Positions 20,340 through 31,276 of a stretch of 64,000 bases of DNA are shown here, in pieces. This DNA is from an uncultured Gammaproteobacteria bacterium (GTDB taxonomy: Bacteria > Pseudomonadota > Gammaproteobacteria > UBA9214): positions 32,001 to 96,000 of the forward strand of contig CAWHCQ010000013.1 in the NCBI GenBank assembly GCA_963827755.1, in the 5' to 3' direction. Below the pieces are notes generated by a model. It was not told the origin of the DNA and did no database searches. It was given only the letters and a program-made list of their open reading frames with translations. The position numbers were made by a program, and so were the translations under genes. Every line of letters starts with the position of its first letter. Position 1 is the stretch's first letter.

Positions 20340-20918
20340 ATGCTGCTGATGATCGATAACTACGATTCCTTTACCTACAACCTGGTCCAGTACCTCGGGG
20401 AGCTGGGTGCGGATGTGCGGGTCTACCGCAACGACATGATCAGTCTGCAGGAGATCGAGGCGCTTGCGCCTTCGAGCATTGTTATTTCACCCGGACCCTG
20501 CACGCCGAACGAGGCAGGTGTCTCTGTTGATACGATACGACAGTTCGCAGGGCGCATTCCGATCCTCGGGGTTTGTCTCGGGCACCAGAGTATCGGCCAG
20601 GCCTTTGGCGGTCATATCGGTCATGCGCATGCCATCATGCATGGCAAGACATCGATGATCCATCACAACAACAGCGGGGTTTTTCAGGGCCTGCCGGACC
20701 CGTTCGAGGCAACACGCTATCATTCGCTGGTGATCGAGCAGGATTCACTGCCGGAATGCCTGGAAGTCACGGCCTGGACGCAGGGTGAAGAGGGTGGTCT
20801 TGACGAGATCATGGGTGTGCGCCACAAGACGCTGGCGGTCGAGGGTGTGCAGTTTCATCCGGAATCCATCCTCACCGGCTGCGGGCATGACCTGCTGCGA
20901 AATTTCCTGGAGCAGTAA
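20340..20918 (+). CDS. trpG: anthranilate synthase component II
   Basis: [29 protein letters not shown]. Confidence 0.95.
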   Translation: MLLMIDNYDSFTYNLVQYLGELGADVRVYRNDMISLQEIEALAPSSIVISPGPCTPNEAGVSVDTIRQFAGRIPILGVCLGHQSIGQAFGGHIGHAHAIMHGKTSMIHHNNSGVFQGLPDPFEATRYHSLVIEQDSLPECLEVTAWTQGEEGGLDEIMGVRHKTLAVEGVQFHPESILTGCGHDLLRNFLEQ

Positions 20919-20944
20919 GGCGGGTTGAGTAGTCCCCGGTTTGG

Positions 20945-21031
20945 GTAGGGTGCATTCCATGCACCATTGCGGTGTTGGACCCTGCCGTGCAGTTGTTTGG
21001 GTGATGTCATGGTGCGTACAACGCACCCTGC
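20945..21031. repeat. inverted REP pair (GTAGGGTGC family)
   Basis: GTAGGGTGCATTCCATGCACC and GGTGCGTACAACGCACCCTGC; related copy near 46648. Confidence 0.65.
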
Positions 21032-21079
21032 GGACGGTACAAGCTATGAATGCCGGCTAACGGCTGTGGAGGTTATTAA

Positions 21080-22096
21080 ATGGATATGCCATCAGCAATC
21101 GCTGCGGTGATTGAACACCGGGACCTGTCGGCCGCCGACATGCAGGCGGTGATGCGCCTGATCATGACCGGCCAGGCGAGCGCGGCGCAGATCGGTGGTT
21201 TTCTGGTCGGGTTGCGCATGAAGGGCGAGACGGTCGACGAGATTGCGGCGGCGGCAGGCGTGATGCGCGAACTGGCCACGCATGTTGATATTGCCGGGCC
21301 ACACCTGGTCGATACCTGTGGCACCGGCGGTGACGGGGCCAGCACCTTCAATATCTCCACGGCCAGTGCGCTGGTTGCGGCCGCCGCCGGTGCGCGCGTG
21401 GCCAAGCACGGCAATCGTTCCGTCTCCAGCAGTTCGGGCAGTGCCGATGTGCTCGAGGCCGCCGGTGTCCGGCTTGATCTCGATCCGCAGCAGGTGGCCG
21501 CCTGTATCGAACAGGTCGGTGTTGGTTTTCTGTTCGCACCGCAGCACCACAGTGCCATGAAACATGCCATTGGCCCGCGCAAGGAAATGGGTGTGCGCAC
21601 CGTTTTCAACCTGCTTGGGCCCCTGACCAACCCGGCCGCTGCCCCGAACCAGGTGCTGGGTGTATTCAGCGCGGACTGGGTCGAGCCGCTGGCGCAGGTG
21701 CTGAAACAGCTCGGCAGCGAACATGTCCTGGTGGTGCATGCCGAAGACGGCCTCGATGAGATCAGTATCGGGGCGCCGACCCGCGTTGCCGAGCTCAGGG
21801 GGGGTGATATCCTCAGCTACACCATTTCCCCGGAGGATTTTGGCCTGCAACGCGCCGACCTGGCAACCATAGCCGTTGCGGATGCACAGCAAAGCCTGGC
21901 GATGATCCGTGCCGTGTTTGCCGGCCAGCCAGGGCCCGCGCACGATATCGTGGTACTCAATGCAGGCGCTGCAATTTACGCAGCCGGTATCGCGTCATCA
22001 CTGGCGGAAGGTGTCAGCCAGGCTGCCGGCGTGATCAAGGCGGGCAAGGCGCAGCAGGTGTTCGAGTCGCTGGTCGAGCTTTCCAATTCATTCTGA
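21080..22096 (+). CDS. trpD: anthranilate phosphoribosyltransferase
   Basis: [30 protein letters not shown]. Confidence 0.96.
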   Translation: MDMPSAIAAVIEHRDLSAADMQAVMRLIMTGQASAAQIGGFLVGLRMKGETVDEIAAAAGVMRELATHVDIAGPHLVDTCGTGGDGASTFNISTASALVAAAAGARVAKHGNRSVSSSSGSADVLEAAGVRLDLDPQQVAACIEQVGVGFLFAPQHHSAMKHAIGPRKEMGVRTVFNLLGPLTNPAAAPNQVLGVFSADWVEPLAQVLKQLGSEHVLVVHAEDGLDEISIGAPTRVAELRGGDILSYTISPEDFGLQRADLATIAVADAQQSLAMIRAVFAGQPGPAHDIVVLNAGAAIYAAGIASSLAEGVSQAAGVIKAGKAQQVFESLVELSNSF

Positions 22097-22134
22097 TTGA
22101 CTCCGGCCGGGCATTCTCCAGGTGAACCTTGAAC

Positions 22135-22932
22135 ATGAGCGGTAAACCCGACATCCTGAAAAAGATCCTCGCTCGCAAGGCCGCGGAGATTGCAGAGCGC
22201 CGCCGCAACATTGGCATGCGTGAATTGCAGCAACAGGCAGAGATGGCCGATGCACCGCGCGGTTTTATCCAGGCCCTGCAACGGAAAACCGCGGCCGGGC
22301 AGGCTGCGGTGATTGCGGAAATCAAGAAGGCCTCGCCGAGCCGGGGTGTATTGCGTGAAGACTTTGATCCTGCCTGGATTGCCGCCAGTTATGAAAAGGG
22401 TGGCGCGGCCTGTCTTTCAGTGCTCACGGATATCGATTTCTTCCAGGGCGCCGACGCTTACCTGCAGGCGGCGCGCGCGGCCTGTGCCCTGCCGGTATTA
22501 CGCAAGGACTTTTTTATAGACCCCTACCAGGTGTACGAGGCGCGCGCCATCGGCGCGGACTGTATCCTGCTGATCGTGGCCGCGCTGGACGATGCGATGT
22601 TGCGGGAGTTGCTGCAGCTGGCCGGCAAGCTCGGCATGGATGCCCTGGTTGAAGTGCACGATGCCGGTGAGCTTGAACGGGCGCTTGCCCTGCCTGCGAG
22701 GCTGGTCGGCATCAACAACCGTGACCTGCGTACTTTCGAGACCAGCCTGGAGACGACACTGGGGTTCCTCGGGCAGATACCGGACGATCGTATCGTAGTA
22801 ACGGAGAGCGGTATTCATACACCCGATGATGTCGCCTTGATGCGCGCGCGCGGGGTGAATGTCTTCCTGGTGGGTGAGGCCTTCATGAAGGCAGCCGACC
22901 CGGGGGCGAAGCTGGCAGAGCTGTTTGCCTGA
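22135..22932 (+). CDS. trpC: indole-3-glycerol phosphate synthase
   Basis: [28 protein letters not shown]. Confidence 0.96.
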   Translation: MSGKPDILKKILARKAAEIAERRRNIGMRELQQQAEMADAPRGFIQALQRKTAAGQAAVIAEIKKASPSRGVLREDFDPAWIAASYEKGGAACLSVLTDIDFFQGADAYLQAARAACALPVLRKDFFIDPYQVYEARAIGADCILLIVAALDDAMLRELLQLAGKLGMDALVEVHDAGELERALALPARLVGINNRDLRTFETSLETTLGFLGQIPDDRIVVTESGIHTPDDVALMRARGVNVFLVGEAFMKAADPGAKLAELFA

Positions 22933-22942
22933 ACAGGAGCAA

Positions 22943-23043
22943 ATCGCGGATTAGATCCGCTCCTACTTGCATCAACCCCTGTAGGAGCGGATCTAATCCG
23001 CGATGAACATTAGCGCCAACCCCGATCGCGCTTGAGAAGCGCG
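22943..23043. repeat. GTAGGAGCG-family REP cluster
   Basis: Inverted pair 22943-22966 / 22981-23004 plus a partial copy at 23025-23043. Confidence 0.8.
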
Positions 23044-23132
23044 ATTGAAATGTATGCCGGGTGTTCGATATTTACAGGTGCGAGCAGGTTTATGCGGTCT
23101 TGTCATCGCGGATGCGATCCGCAGCCCGCGTC

Positions 23133-23798
23133 TCAGCGTGCGCCGTGGACGACGATGGTTTTTCCCTTGACGTTGATATGGCCCTGTTCGCCGAGGGCCT
23201 TGAGGACTCGGCCGGCCATTTCGCGGGAACAGCCGACGATGCGTCCCAGTTCCTGCCGGGTAACCTTTATCTGCATGCCATCCGGGTGTGTCATCGCGTC
23301 CGGTTCCCTGGTTAACTCCAGCAGGGTGCCGGCAATCCGGCCGGTGACGTCGAGGAAGGCAAGGTCACTTACCTTGCGGCTGGTGTTGCGCAGCCGGGTG
23401 GCGAGTTGCGCGGTCAGTTCCAGCAGGATATCCGGGTCTTCCCGCGCGAGGGCGCGAAACCGCGCATAGCTGATTTCGGCAACTTCGCATTCGATGCGGG
23501 TACGTATCCAGGCGCTGCGGTTCGGGTTTTCGCCGAATAATCCCATCTCACCGAAAAAACCGCCGGAGTTGATGTAGGCCAGCACGATTTCATGGCCGTT
23601 CTCGTCTTCAATCAGCACGGTGACCGACCCGCTGATGATGTAATAGAGCACATCCGGCTGGTCGCCGGCATAGATAATGACGCTCTTTTTCGGGTATTTA
23701 CGCCGGTGGCAGTGTGACAGGAAGCGTTCCACGCAAGGGTTTATCTTGCCCTTTACGGCGCCATTCTCGGCTGAAAAAGTCAGTGGGAGTGCCTGCAT
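23133..23798 (-). CDS. crp: cAMP receptor protein Crp/Vfr
   Basis: [41 protein letters not shown]; start uncertain (23798 or 23840). Confidence 0.93.
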   Translation of the reverse strand: MQALPLTFSAENGAVKGKINPCVERFLSHCHRRKYPKKSVIIYAGDQPDVLYYIISGSVTVLIEDENGHEIVLAYINSGGFFGEMGLFGENPNRSAWIRTRIECEVAEISYARFRALAREDPDILLELTAQLATRLRNTSRKVSDLAFLDVTGRIAGTLLELTREPDAMTHPDGMQIKVTRQELGRIVGCSREMAGRVLKALGEQGHINVKGKTIVVHGAR

Positions 23799-23908
23799 AC
23801 CCTTGTTATCGGTCGAACCGGCGCCGGCTTTAGGCGTCATTGCAAACTCGCCGGTCAGTGTTCTGAACTGTGATAGGCTTCACGTTTTCTAGGCATGGAC
23901 GGGTGATC

Positions 23909-24340
23909 ATGAAGGCGCGTATCAAGTGGATCGAGGGCAGGGCCTTCATGGGCGAGTCGGGCAGCGGCCATGCGCTGGTCATGGATGGCCCGCCGGAAAA
24001 CGGCGGCCGGGACCTCGGCATTCGGCCAATGGAAATGGTCCTGCTGGGCCTGGGCGGCTGCACCGCGTTCGATGTGGTGCATATCCTCGAGAAGGCGCGT
24101 GCGCCGGTAAGTGATTGTGTGGTCGAGGTGGATGCCGAGCGGTCTGAATCGGTACCCAGGGTGTTTACTCGAATCCATGTGCATTTTATTGTCAGTGGTG
24201 ACGGCCTGTCGGACAGGCAGGTGGCACGGGCGGTCGGGCTCTCGGCGGAAAAGTTCTGCTCGGTATCCCTGATGCTCGGCAAGGTGGTGGACATCAGTCA
24301 CGATTATGAGGTGATCAATGCCGCCGAAGAGGCCGGGTAA
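23909..24340 (+). CDS. OsmC/YhfA-family protein
   Basis: RPMEMVLLGLGGC, LSAEKFCSVS; divergent from crp as in other gammaproteobacteria. Confidence 0.9.
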   Translation: MKARIKWIEGRAFMGESGSGHALVMDGPPENGGRDLGIRPMEMVLLGLGGCTAFDVVHILEKARAPVSDCVVEVDAERSESVPRVFTRIHVHFIVSGDGLSDRQVARAVGLSAEKFCSVSLMLGKVVDISHDYEVINAAEEAG

Positions 24341-24735
24341 TGCAACGTCCCGCCACAACCCTGGGAATGCGCCACGTTGCACTCAATGTCCGCGATCTTG
24401 CCGCCTGCGAGCATTTTTACACCGGCCTGCTGGGCATGGGCGTCGAATGGCGGCCCGATGCGGATAATGTCTACCTGTCCAGCGGTAATGATAATCTCGC
24501 CCTGCACCGCGCCGGCGGGGAAGCGGCGGCAGGCCCCGCTCAACGCCTCGATCATATCGGGTTCTTTATTGCCAGTAAGGATGAAGTCGATGTCTGGCAC
24601 GCTTTCCTGAAACAACAGGGCGTGCCGATCAAGGCGCCACCGAAAACCCATCGGGACGGGGCGCGGAGTTTTTATTGCAGTGACCCGGAGGGGACCACTG
24701 TGCAGCTTATTTTTCATCCCCCGATCTGCAGCTAG
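24340..24735 (+). CDS. VOC/glyoxalase-family protein
   Basis: RHVAL, FYTGLLGM, LDHIGF, RSFYCSDPEG. Confidence 0.85.
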   Translation: MQRPATTLGMRHVALNVRDLAACEHFYTGLLGMGVEWRPDADNVYLSSGNDNLALHRAGGEAAAGPAQRLDHIGFFIASKDEVDVWHAFLKQQGVPIKAPPKTHRDGARSFYCSDPEGTTVQLIFHPPICS

Positions 24736-24745
24736 CACTCACGCC

Positions 24746-24811
24746 GGACCCGCATCGCTTGATGCGGTCTACAGCAGCCGTGGCGGATCCGCGTTGCTGG
24801 ATGCGGTCTAC
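24746..24811 (-). repeat. tandem REPs (GTAGACCGCATC family)
   Basis: Two GATGCGGTCTAC-ended hairpins; the second overlaps the coq7 stop codon. Confidence 0.55.
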
Positions 24812-25452
24812 AACCGGTAGGCCGTCAGCGTCATTACCTTTGCTGCCAGTGCCATCAGTTTCTTGGCGGGTTCAGGCAGATCGGCTGCGCCGGCGCCATG
24901 CGCCATGGATTCATGCCTGGCTTCATCCTGTTTCATCTGTTCGAGGATAAGCCGGGACCTGTCGTCGTCGACGGGCAGTTCCTTCAGGTGACCTTCAAGA
25001 TGTTTGACAACCTGGTGTTCGGTTTCCGCAAGGAAGCCGAGGCTCCACTTGTCACCGATAATCCCCGAGGCTGCACCGATGGCCAGTGAACCTGCATACC
25101 AGAGCGGGTTGAGCAGGCTGGTATGTCCACCAAGTTCCTCGAGACGCTGGCGGCACCAGGCGAGGTGATCGTTTTCTTCATCAGAGGCGAGTTTCATCCG
25201 TTCGCGGGTTTCCCGCTGGTGTGCCGTCAGTGCCTGGCCCTTGTAGAGTGCCTGGGCGCAAACCTCGCCCGCGTGGTTGACGCGCATCATGCCGATGCTT
25301 TTCGCTTTTTCCATCGACGAGAGTTCCCGGTTCTCTGCCGGATTTGCCGGGTTGTCACGGCCGGAGCCAACCGGTTCGCCGAACACGGTGCGCAAGGCCT
25401 GGTCTGCGTGGGTGATGCAGCGGTCAATCGGGGTCTGCTTGCGTGTGCTCAT
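24808..25452 (-). CDS. coq7: demethoxyubiquinone hydroxylase Coq7
   Basis: MRVNHAGEVCAQALY, EENDHLAWC, ETEHQV..HL, DEARH di-iron ligands. Confidence 0.93.
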   Translation of the reverse strand: MSTRKQTPIDRCITHADQALRTVFGEPVGSGRDNPANPAENRELSSMEKAKSIGMMRVNHAGEVCAQALYKGQALTAHQRETRERMKLASDEENDHLAWCRQRLEELGGHTSLLNPLWYAGSLAIGAASGIIGDKWSLGFLAETEHQVVKHLEGHLKELPVDDDRSRLILEQMKQDEARHESMAHGAGAADLPEPAKKLMALAAKVMTLTAYRL

Positions 25453-25530
25453 GGCGTAAAGATAGCACGCATTATGAAAACCGTCCTCACGTGCTTTCAC
25501 CGCCGTGGTTTCAGCGGTATGGTTCAGGCT

Positions 25531-25839
25531 ATGTCGTATTATCGTCATCACGTCTTTTTTTGTACCAACCTGCGCGCCGACGGCAGCGCCTGCTGCCAGC
25601 GTTTTGATGCAAAAGCCATGCGTGATTATGTAAAAAAACGCTGCAAGGCACTCGGCATCAGCGGTCCGGGCGGGGTACGCATCAATACGGCGGGCTGCCT
25701 CGATCGCTGTGCAGAAGGGCCGGTGCTGGTCGTCTACCCGGAGGACACCTGGTATACCTATCTTGACCGCGAGGACCTGGATGAAATTATCGAGCAGCAC
25801 CTGCAAAACGGGCGGGTAGTGGAGCGCCTGAGAATCTGA
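25531..25839 (+). CDS. thioredoxin-like [2Fe-2S] ferredoxin
   Basis: HVFFCTN..CC, RINTAGCLDRCAEGPVLVVYPE. Confidence 0.9.
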   Translation: MSYYRHHVFFCTNLRADGSACCQRFDAKAMRDYVKKRCKALGISGPGGVRINTAGCLDRCAEGPVLVVYPEDTWYTYLDREDLDEIIEQHLQNGRVVERLRI

Positions 25840-25992
25840 ATCTGCTTTCCAACGGGCTGAATTGTGTAATATTTTCCGAGATGGAAAACAAATATATTCT
25901 TGTTTTCAATCAGTTGTAATTTTCATGGTGCAACACGCACTGTAAGGTTTAACTGCACTTGACAGCCAGGTAACTATATTAGAAAATACTTA

Positions 25993-26092
25993 CACACTGA
26001 TTGGCCTGCCCCCCCTATTTTGGCCGGTCAGTGCTCCTCCACCTCCCCCCAAGGAGGTTTTTAACGCGGCCATCACTGGCCGCGTTTTTTTT
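25993..26092 (+). ncRNA. candidate sRNA with C-rich hairpins and intrinsic terminator
   Basis: TTGACA at 25959; two hairpins with poly-C loops, then AACGCGGCCA-TCAC-TGGCCGCGTT and a T-run. Confidence 0.5.
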
Positions 26093-26248
26093 GCCTGCGG
26101 GGAGGTGCGTGGCGTTTGCCTCCTGATCCTGGTGACCCCGTCGCAGGCGCGCGCCCGGGCCGCTTTTTGACGGTTTGTTCTTGTAAGTTCAGGGCGACTT
26201 TTGTAACATCCCCGCTCTTTAGTTGCGCAAAAGTCCGGGTTAAGACAA

Positions 26249-26677
26249 ATGAAGACATTTACAGCGAAGCCGAATGACGTCAATCATGACTGGTATGTCA
26301 TTGATGCCACAGGGAAAACGCTTGGGCGCATGGCCACCGAAATAGCCCGTCGGCTGCGTGGCAAGCACAAGCCGATCTATACCCCGCATGTTGATACCGG
26401 CGACTATATAGTAGTGGTGAACGCCGACAAGGTACGGGTTACCGGCAACAAGGCGACCGACAAGATGTACCACCACCACACCGGTTATATCGGCAACCTG
26501 AAATCCAGGACCTTTGAAAAGATGCAGGCCAGCGCGCCGGGCCGGGTGGTCGAACTCGCGGTCAAGGGCATGCTGCCGAAGAACCCCCTCGGCCGGGCCA
26601 TGTTTCGCAAACTGAAAGTCTATGGCGGACCTGACCACAAGCATTCCGCACAGCAGCCGAAGCCGCTGGACATCTAG
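26249..26677 (+). CDS. rplM: 50S ribosomal protein L13
   Basis: [23 protein letters not shown]. Confidence 0.98.
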   Translation: MKTFTAKPNDVNHDWYVIDATGKTLGRMATEIARRLRGKHKPIYTPHVDTGDYIVVVNADKVRVTGNKATDKMYHHHTGYIGNLKSRTFEKMQASAPGRVVELAVKGMLPKNPLGRAMFRKLKVYGGPDHKHSAQQPKPLDI

Positions 26678-26732
26678 CCTCCGGCAAGCACTTCGAGCTG
26701 ATCAGAAAATTACGTAACAGGATATTTCGAAC

Positions 26733-27122
26733 ATGAGCGAGACTTATTACAGTACCGGACGACGCAAGACTTCCACGGCACGCGTATTTTTACGCAAGGG
26801 TTCCGGAAATATCGTGGTCAACCGTGAGCCGCTGGACAAGTATTTTGGCCGTGAAACCTCGCGCATGATTGTGCGTCAGCCCCTGGAAACGACCAACATG
26901 GTCGATAATTTCGACATTACCGTCACAGTGAAGGGTGGCGGCAACAGCGGCCAGGCCGGTGCGATACGCCACGGGATCACCCGTGCGCTGATGAAATACG
27001 AAAGCGAGTTGCGTCCCGCCTTGCGCCGTGCCGGTTTTGTAACCCGCGATGCCCGCCAGGTGGAACGCAAGAAGGTCGGTCTGCACAAGGCCCGTCGCGC
27101 ACCGCAATTCTCGAAACGCTGA
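26733..27122 (+). CDS. rpsI: 30S ribosomal protein S9
   Basis: [30 protein letters not shown]. Confidence 0.98.
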   Translation: MSETYYSTGRRKTSTARVFLRKGSGNIVVNREPLDKYFGRETSRMIVRQPLETTNMVDNFDITVTVKGGGNSGQAGAIRHGITRALMKYESELRPALRRAGFVTRDARQVERKKVGLHKARRAPQFSKR

Positions 27123-27133
27123 TTACACCATAT

Positions 27134-27207
27134 TGGCGGATCGTCTAATGGTAGGACAGAGGTCTCTGACACCTCTAATCTAGGTTCGAATCCTAGTCCG
27201 CCAGCCA
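27134..27207 (+). tRNA. tRNA-Gln(CTG)
   Basis: Acceptor TGGCGGA/TCCGCCA-G-CCA, anticodon arm GAGGT-CTCTGAC-ACCTC, GGTTCGAATCC T-loop. Confidence 0.93.
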
Positions 27208-27405
27208 ACAAAAAGGCCCGCCCAAAAGGCGGGCTTTTTTGTTTGGTGGACTGGGATGAGAACCTCGGGTTCGACAAAATCGCCGGGAGCGATTTTGAAC
27301 AGTGTGAGCGCAGCGACACTGGCCCGCAGGGCGGAGGGCAGGATGCCCGGAGTAATCCTAGTCCGCCAGCCAACAAAAAGGCCCGCCCAAAAGGCGGGCT
27401 TTTTT
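27189..27405 (+). repeat. tRNA-linked repeat: duplicated tRNA 3' end plus terminator
   Basis: About 52-bp direct repeat AATCCTAGTCCGCCAGCCAACAAAAAGGCCCGCCCAAAAGGCGGGCTTTTTT at 27189 and 27354. Confidence 0.85.
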
Positions 27406-27417
27406 TCTGGCGGCTTT

Positions 27418-27503
27418 GTAGCCCGGATGGAGCGCAGCGGAATCCGGGGCCTTAAGACGCGAGTTCCCGGAATTCCAACCCCTGGTGTCATTATCCGGGC
27501 TGC
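27418..27503. repeat. REP (GTAGCCCGGATG family) with degenerate inverted partner
   Basis: GTAGCCCGGATGGAGCGCAGCGGAATCCGGG ... ATCCGGGCTGC. Confidence 0.6.
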
Positions 27504-27531
27504 GTCACTTCCGGGTAACAGAGAGAGCCGG

Positions 27532-28931
27532 TCAGGCGTGTAACCATTCCTGTACTTGCGTAATCAGCTTGTTTCCCGGGTCCAGTTCAAGGGCCTGTCT
27601 GCAGTACGCACTTGCGCGCTCATGGTCTGCCTTCTGCAGGGAATCGTTGATGCGGCTGCAGGCATAACACAGGCCGATTACTTTATCCCCGGCATCGAGG
27701 TTCCGGGATGAAACCATGGAGTCGAAGTAATGGTCCGGTTCCCTCCAGTTCCCGTAGAGTTCGGTCAGGTACAGGTCATGGTCCTCCGGGACCAGGAAGT
27801 TCGCACCGATGAACTTTACCGGCTTCAGGGAGAACCTGGTAAATTGTCTTTGTATAGGATCTGCCGGGTATGAAGCAGTCGGTCGTGAAGTGGTCACCGG
27901 TGTCCCTGTAGAAATAGATATCGAACCCGATCGTATTGCGGTGCTGCACGGAAAACGAGACCGTGTTTTGTTCTGCATGGGGGTCTGCCGGCCGGGTGAA
28001 ATATTCCGAAGCGGTGATCAGTTCTGCCAGCGTGTTCTTGTCGATGGTTTCTTCGAATACCCCGATGTCTACGTCCTTGTCATGTTCGAGAAAGTTACCC
28101 TCGCGCATGCAGCCCAGCAGGGTGCCGGAGCGCAGAAAGAATTCCACGCCGGCGCTGTCAAGGACCTGTTTCAGGTCGAGCAGCGCCTGCCGGGCAAGTT
28201 TTCTGTCAAGGGTTTGCGCCGGCGTGCCCGTTGGCGGTGGTGTGCGGCTGCGGAGGATGGCCAGCAGTGACTGCGTGAAGGTCTCCAGGGCGGCGTCGTA
28301 ATTTCCTTCTCCCATGAATACCTGGCCCAGCAGGTGCTGCATTTCAAAATCAGCCGGATTGCGATGCAACGCGGCCTCGATGATTTCCCTGGCGCTTCCC
28401 GGTTTACCGGCCCGCAGCAGTGTGCCTGCGAGGTTGAGCCGTGCATCCCTGTAGTCCGTGTCGATTTGCAGGGCCTGTTGGTAGGCGGCTATGGCCGCGT
28501 CCAGGTCGCCCCGGCGCTTGAGCGTACTGCCAAGATTGTTGTGGGCCTGGGCCAGTTCCGGGTCAAGCGCAAGCGCGCTGCGGAATGCGTCTATGGCCTC
28601 GTCCAGCTTGTTTGCACCGCGCAGGGCAAGCCCCAGGTTGCTGTAATAGGAGGCCTGACCGGGGTTGATGTGAATGGCCTTGCCTGATCAGTCGGCATGC
28701 ATTCGTGGAATCATTCTTCTGCCCGGCCAGCACCCCCAGCATGTTGAGTATGTCGGCGTTGCCGGGGTGCATTTTCAGCAGTTTCCGGTAACAGCGCTCC
28801 GCCTCGCTGACGCGGCCCGCGGAGGTGTGCATATCCGCCTCGGCAAACAGGCGCTCTGAAACCGCCGGGTCCGGTGCGGCCCCGCCCTTGCCCTGCAGCT
28901 TTTGTTGCCGCCGCCGTTCTGCACGGTTCAT
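27532..28931 (-). CDS. TPR-repeat protein with LicD/fukutin-like nucleotidyltransferase domain (frameshifted)
   Basis: MNRAERRR start and TPRs, SGTLLGCMREG..HDKDVDIG, PEDHDLYLTELYGNW spread over several frames. Confidence 0.7.
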
Positions 28932-28948
28932 TCGTCAGGCTTCCACGC

Positions 28949-30918
28949 TCAGGTGCCGAGCATCTCGTACAGGGGGGCGAGATGTTCCCGGTAATGTTTC
29001 CAGATCCCGATGACGGCATCGGGTTTCGGCAGGCGTGTCGTTTCCAGGCAGGCCGCTTCCACGGGCAGGCCGCAGAAATCCAGTACGGCTTCGATCTGCG
29101 GCTGCGGGTCACGCAGCAGTTCTTCAAACTGTACGACATGAATGAAGTCCGGGAGTAGATTACGCCATTGCTCAATGAGATCCATGTGCTGTCGGTAGTA
29201 TGCGCCAAGTGCGCGCATGTCAAAACTGTAGGGGTGGTCTTCCCCCAGGTTCTTGTTGAAGATCCCCGTGCAATTGTCCCGGGCTTCACGCTGGCAGACG
29301 ATGATTTTCGCATTCGGCAGGCACAGGCGGATCATGCCGATGTGCCACGCGTTGGCGGGTGAAGTATTGGTTACCCGGGCCGTATCGGGGTAGCTTTTTT
29401 GCATGCGCGCCGTATACACCCTGCCGATGTCCGTGAAGGTGCTGTCGGGAAGATCCCTGACACATTCCGGGAATGCATTCATGTCGCTGACGCTCAGCAC
29501 ATCATGGATGGCATGCATATAGTCCGACGATTCTCCGCCCGCGGTAACAAGCGAGTGACGGGCCAGAATCTTTTCCATGACGGTTTTTCCGGAACGGGAC
29601 AGTCCGGTGATGAAGATCGGCGTGCTGTCCCGGTGTCCCGATTTACGGTGGCTGTTGATCAGGTCCCCGCTGAACAGGGCCGCCAGGCGCTTTTTATCCG
29701 CAAGGATGTCGGCTGCAGGGCGTCGCGCCGGCTGCTGTCAGGGCATTGCCCTTTGAAATGTGAGCGTATGCAGACGCGTAATCAGCCTGTGCATCGAAAT
29801 GCATGCCCAGTCCAAAGTGCAGTGACACCCTGTCCTTGTCCGACAAATTCTGGTCATGCAACAGTGTCTGCATTTTTCGGGCATCAATCGGTTCCAGCGG
29901 CCGGCGGGCCTGTGCCAGCCCTTCACAGGCAAGCGCATTTTCCGGTTGCAGTTTTATGGTCTGCCGAAAGGCCTGCTCTGCGGCTTCCCGTTCGCCGCAT
30001 GCAAGCAGCAGCCGGCCCAGCCTGTAATGGTGATCCGCGTTGCGTGGTTCCAGGTCAATGGCCTTGCCGAACGCGCGTTCCGCCTCACCCAGAAGGTTCA
30101 GCTTGTGGAGTGTCCTCCCCAGCAGGCTGTAATACCCGGCTGTTTCCGGACTGAGATCGATGGCCCTGGAAATGGCGGATCGCGCCTCCAGGTACCTCCA
30201 TTTTGAGTAATAAATCCGGGCCAGCCGTGCAAGTATGGCGTCATTGTCCGGGGCCAGCCTGACGGCCTCGTGCAATATCCTGATGGCATCGTCGACTGCG
30301 CCGACCTCGCAGGCGGCCTCCGCCAGCGTCGGGTAGGCCTCGAAGTAGCGCGGCTGTGCCTTCACGGTGGCATGCAGAAGGTCTGCGGCTTCTTCATAAC
30401 GTTCCAGTTTGTGCAGCGCACCACCCAGGCGAGGTCGCGATCTGCGGCGATTCCGGGAGCAACTCATGCGCTTGCCTGAAGTGCTCAAGGGCTTCGTCCG
30501 TCTTGCCGCACTCCATGAGTAGCGTGCCCAGGGTATGCAGGGCCATCGCTGCTCGCGGGTCCAGCCGAATGGCCTGCAGCAACGTTTCCTGTGCCGCAGC
30601 TGTCTTGCCCTGGTGGTACAGTGCCTTGCCGATGTTACCCAGCAACATGGCATGGTCCGGGGCCAGCTCAAGGGCGCGCCGAAAGGATTTTTCCGCGGCC
30701 TTCCATTTTTTCTGCTCCAGCAGGATGTTGCCGAGATTATTGTGGGCCTCGGCAAATCCGGGCTGCAGCGACAGCGCCCTGCGAAAGGCGCTCTCGGCAA
30801 GCCCGGTCTTGCCCTGTGCCTGCAGGGAGACGCCTTCGTTATACAGGTGGACGGCCTGTTCGCCGTCCCGGCCGTGTGTCTGTCTCTGGCGGGTCTGGCT
30901 GCGTGGGGGTTGGCTCAT
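28949..30918 (-). CDS. TPR-repeat sulfotransferase (frameshifted)
   Basis: TPRs (AEAHNNLG), PIFITGLSRSGKT PAPS-binding motif, PNAKII...RD, QFEELLRDP spread over several frames. Confidence 0.75.
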
Positions 30919-31276
30919 GGGGCTTCCCTTGATGGTTGCCGCGAGAATATACAGCAGGGGCGGGCATTTAGGTATTGTGTGCGGCGGGCCGCCCGCCCGC
31001 CAGACACCGGGAGACGGGTTTTATTGCCTGCCCGGTAGCGTGTGGAGCTTCGCTATGCCTGGTTAAGCGATTGTTTATATGAAATAAAACAAAGTGTCTG
31101 AAGAAATTCCCGGTGTCCGGGCAGCTCATGTAGTCATTATGCAACAGATAAAAATTAATGTGGTTTTTTCGTAAAAAAGTGTTGCATTCACACATTTTGT
31201 TGTTGTAAAGTGCTCGCGTGCAATGACAGTACACAACTTTTTCAACTCAAACTTAACTGTGTTAAGGGGATAAATC

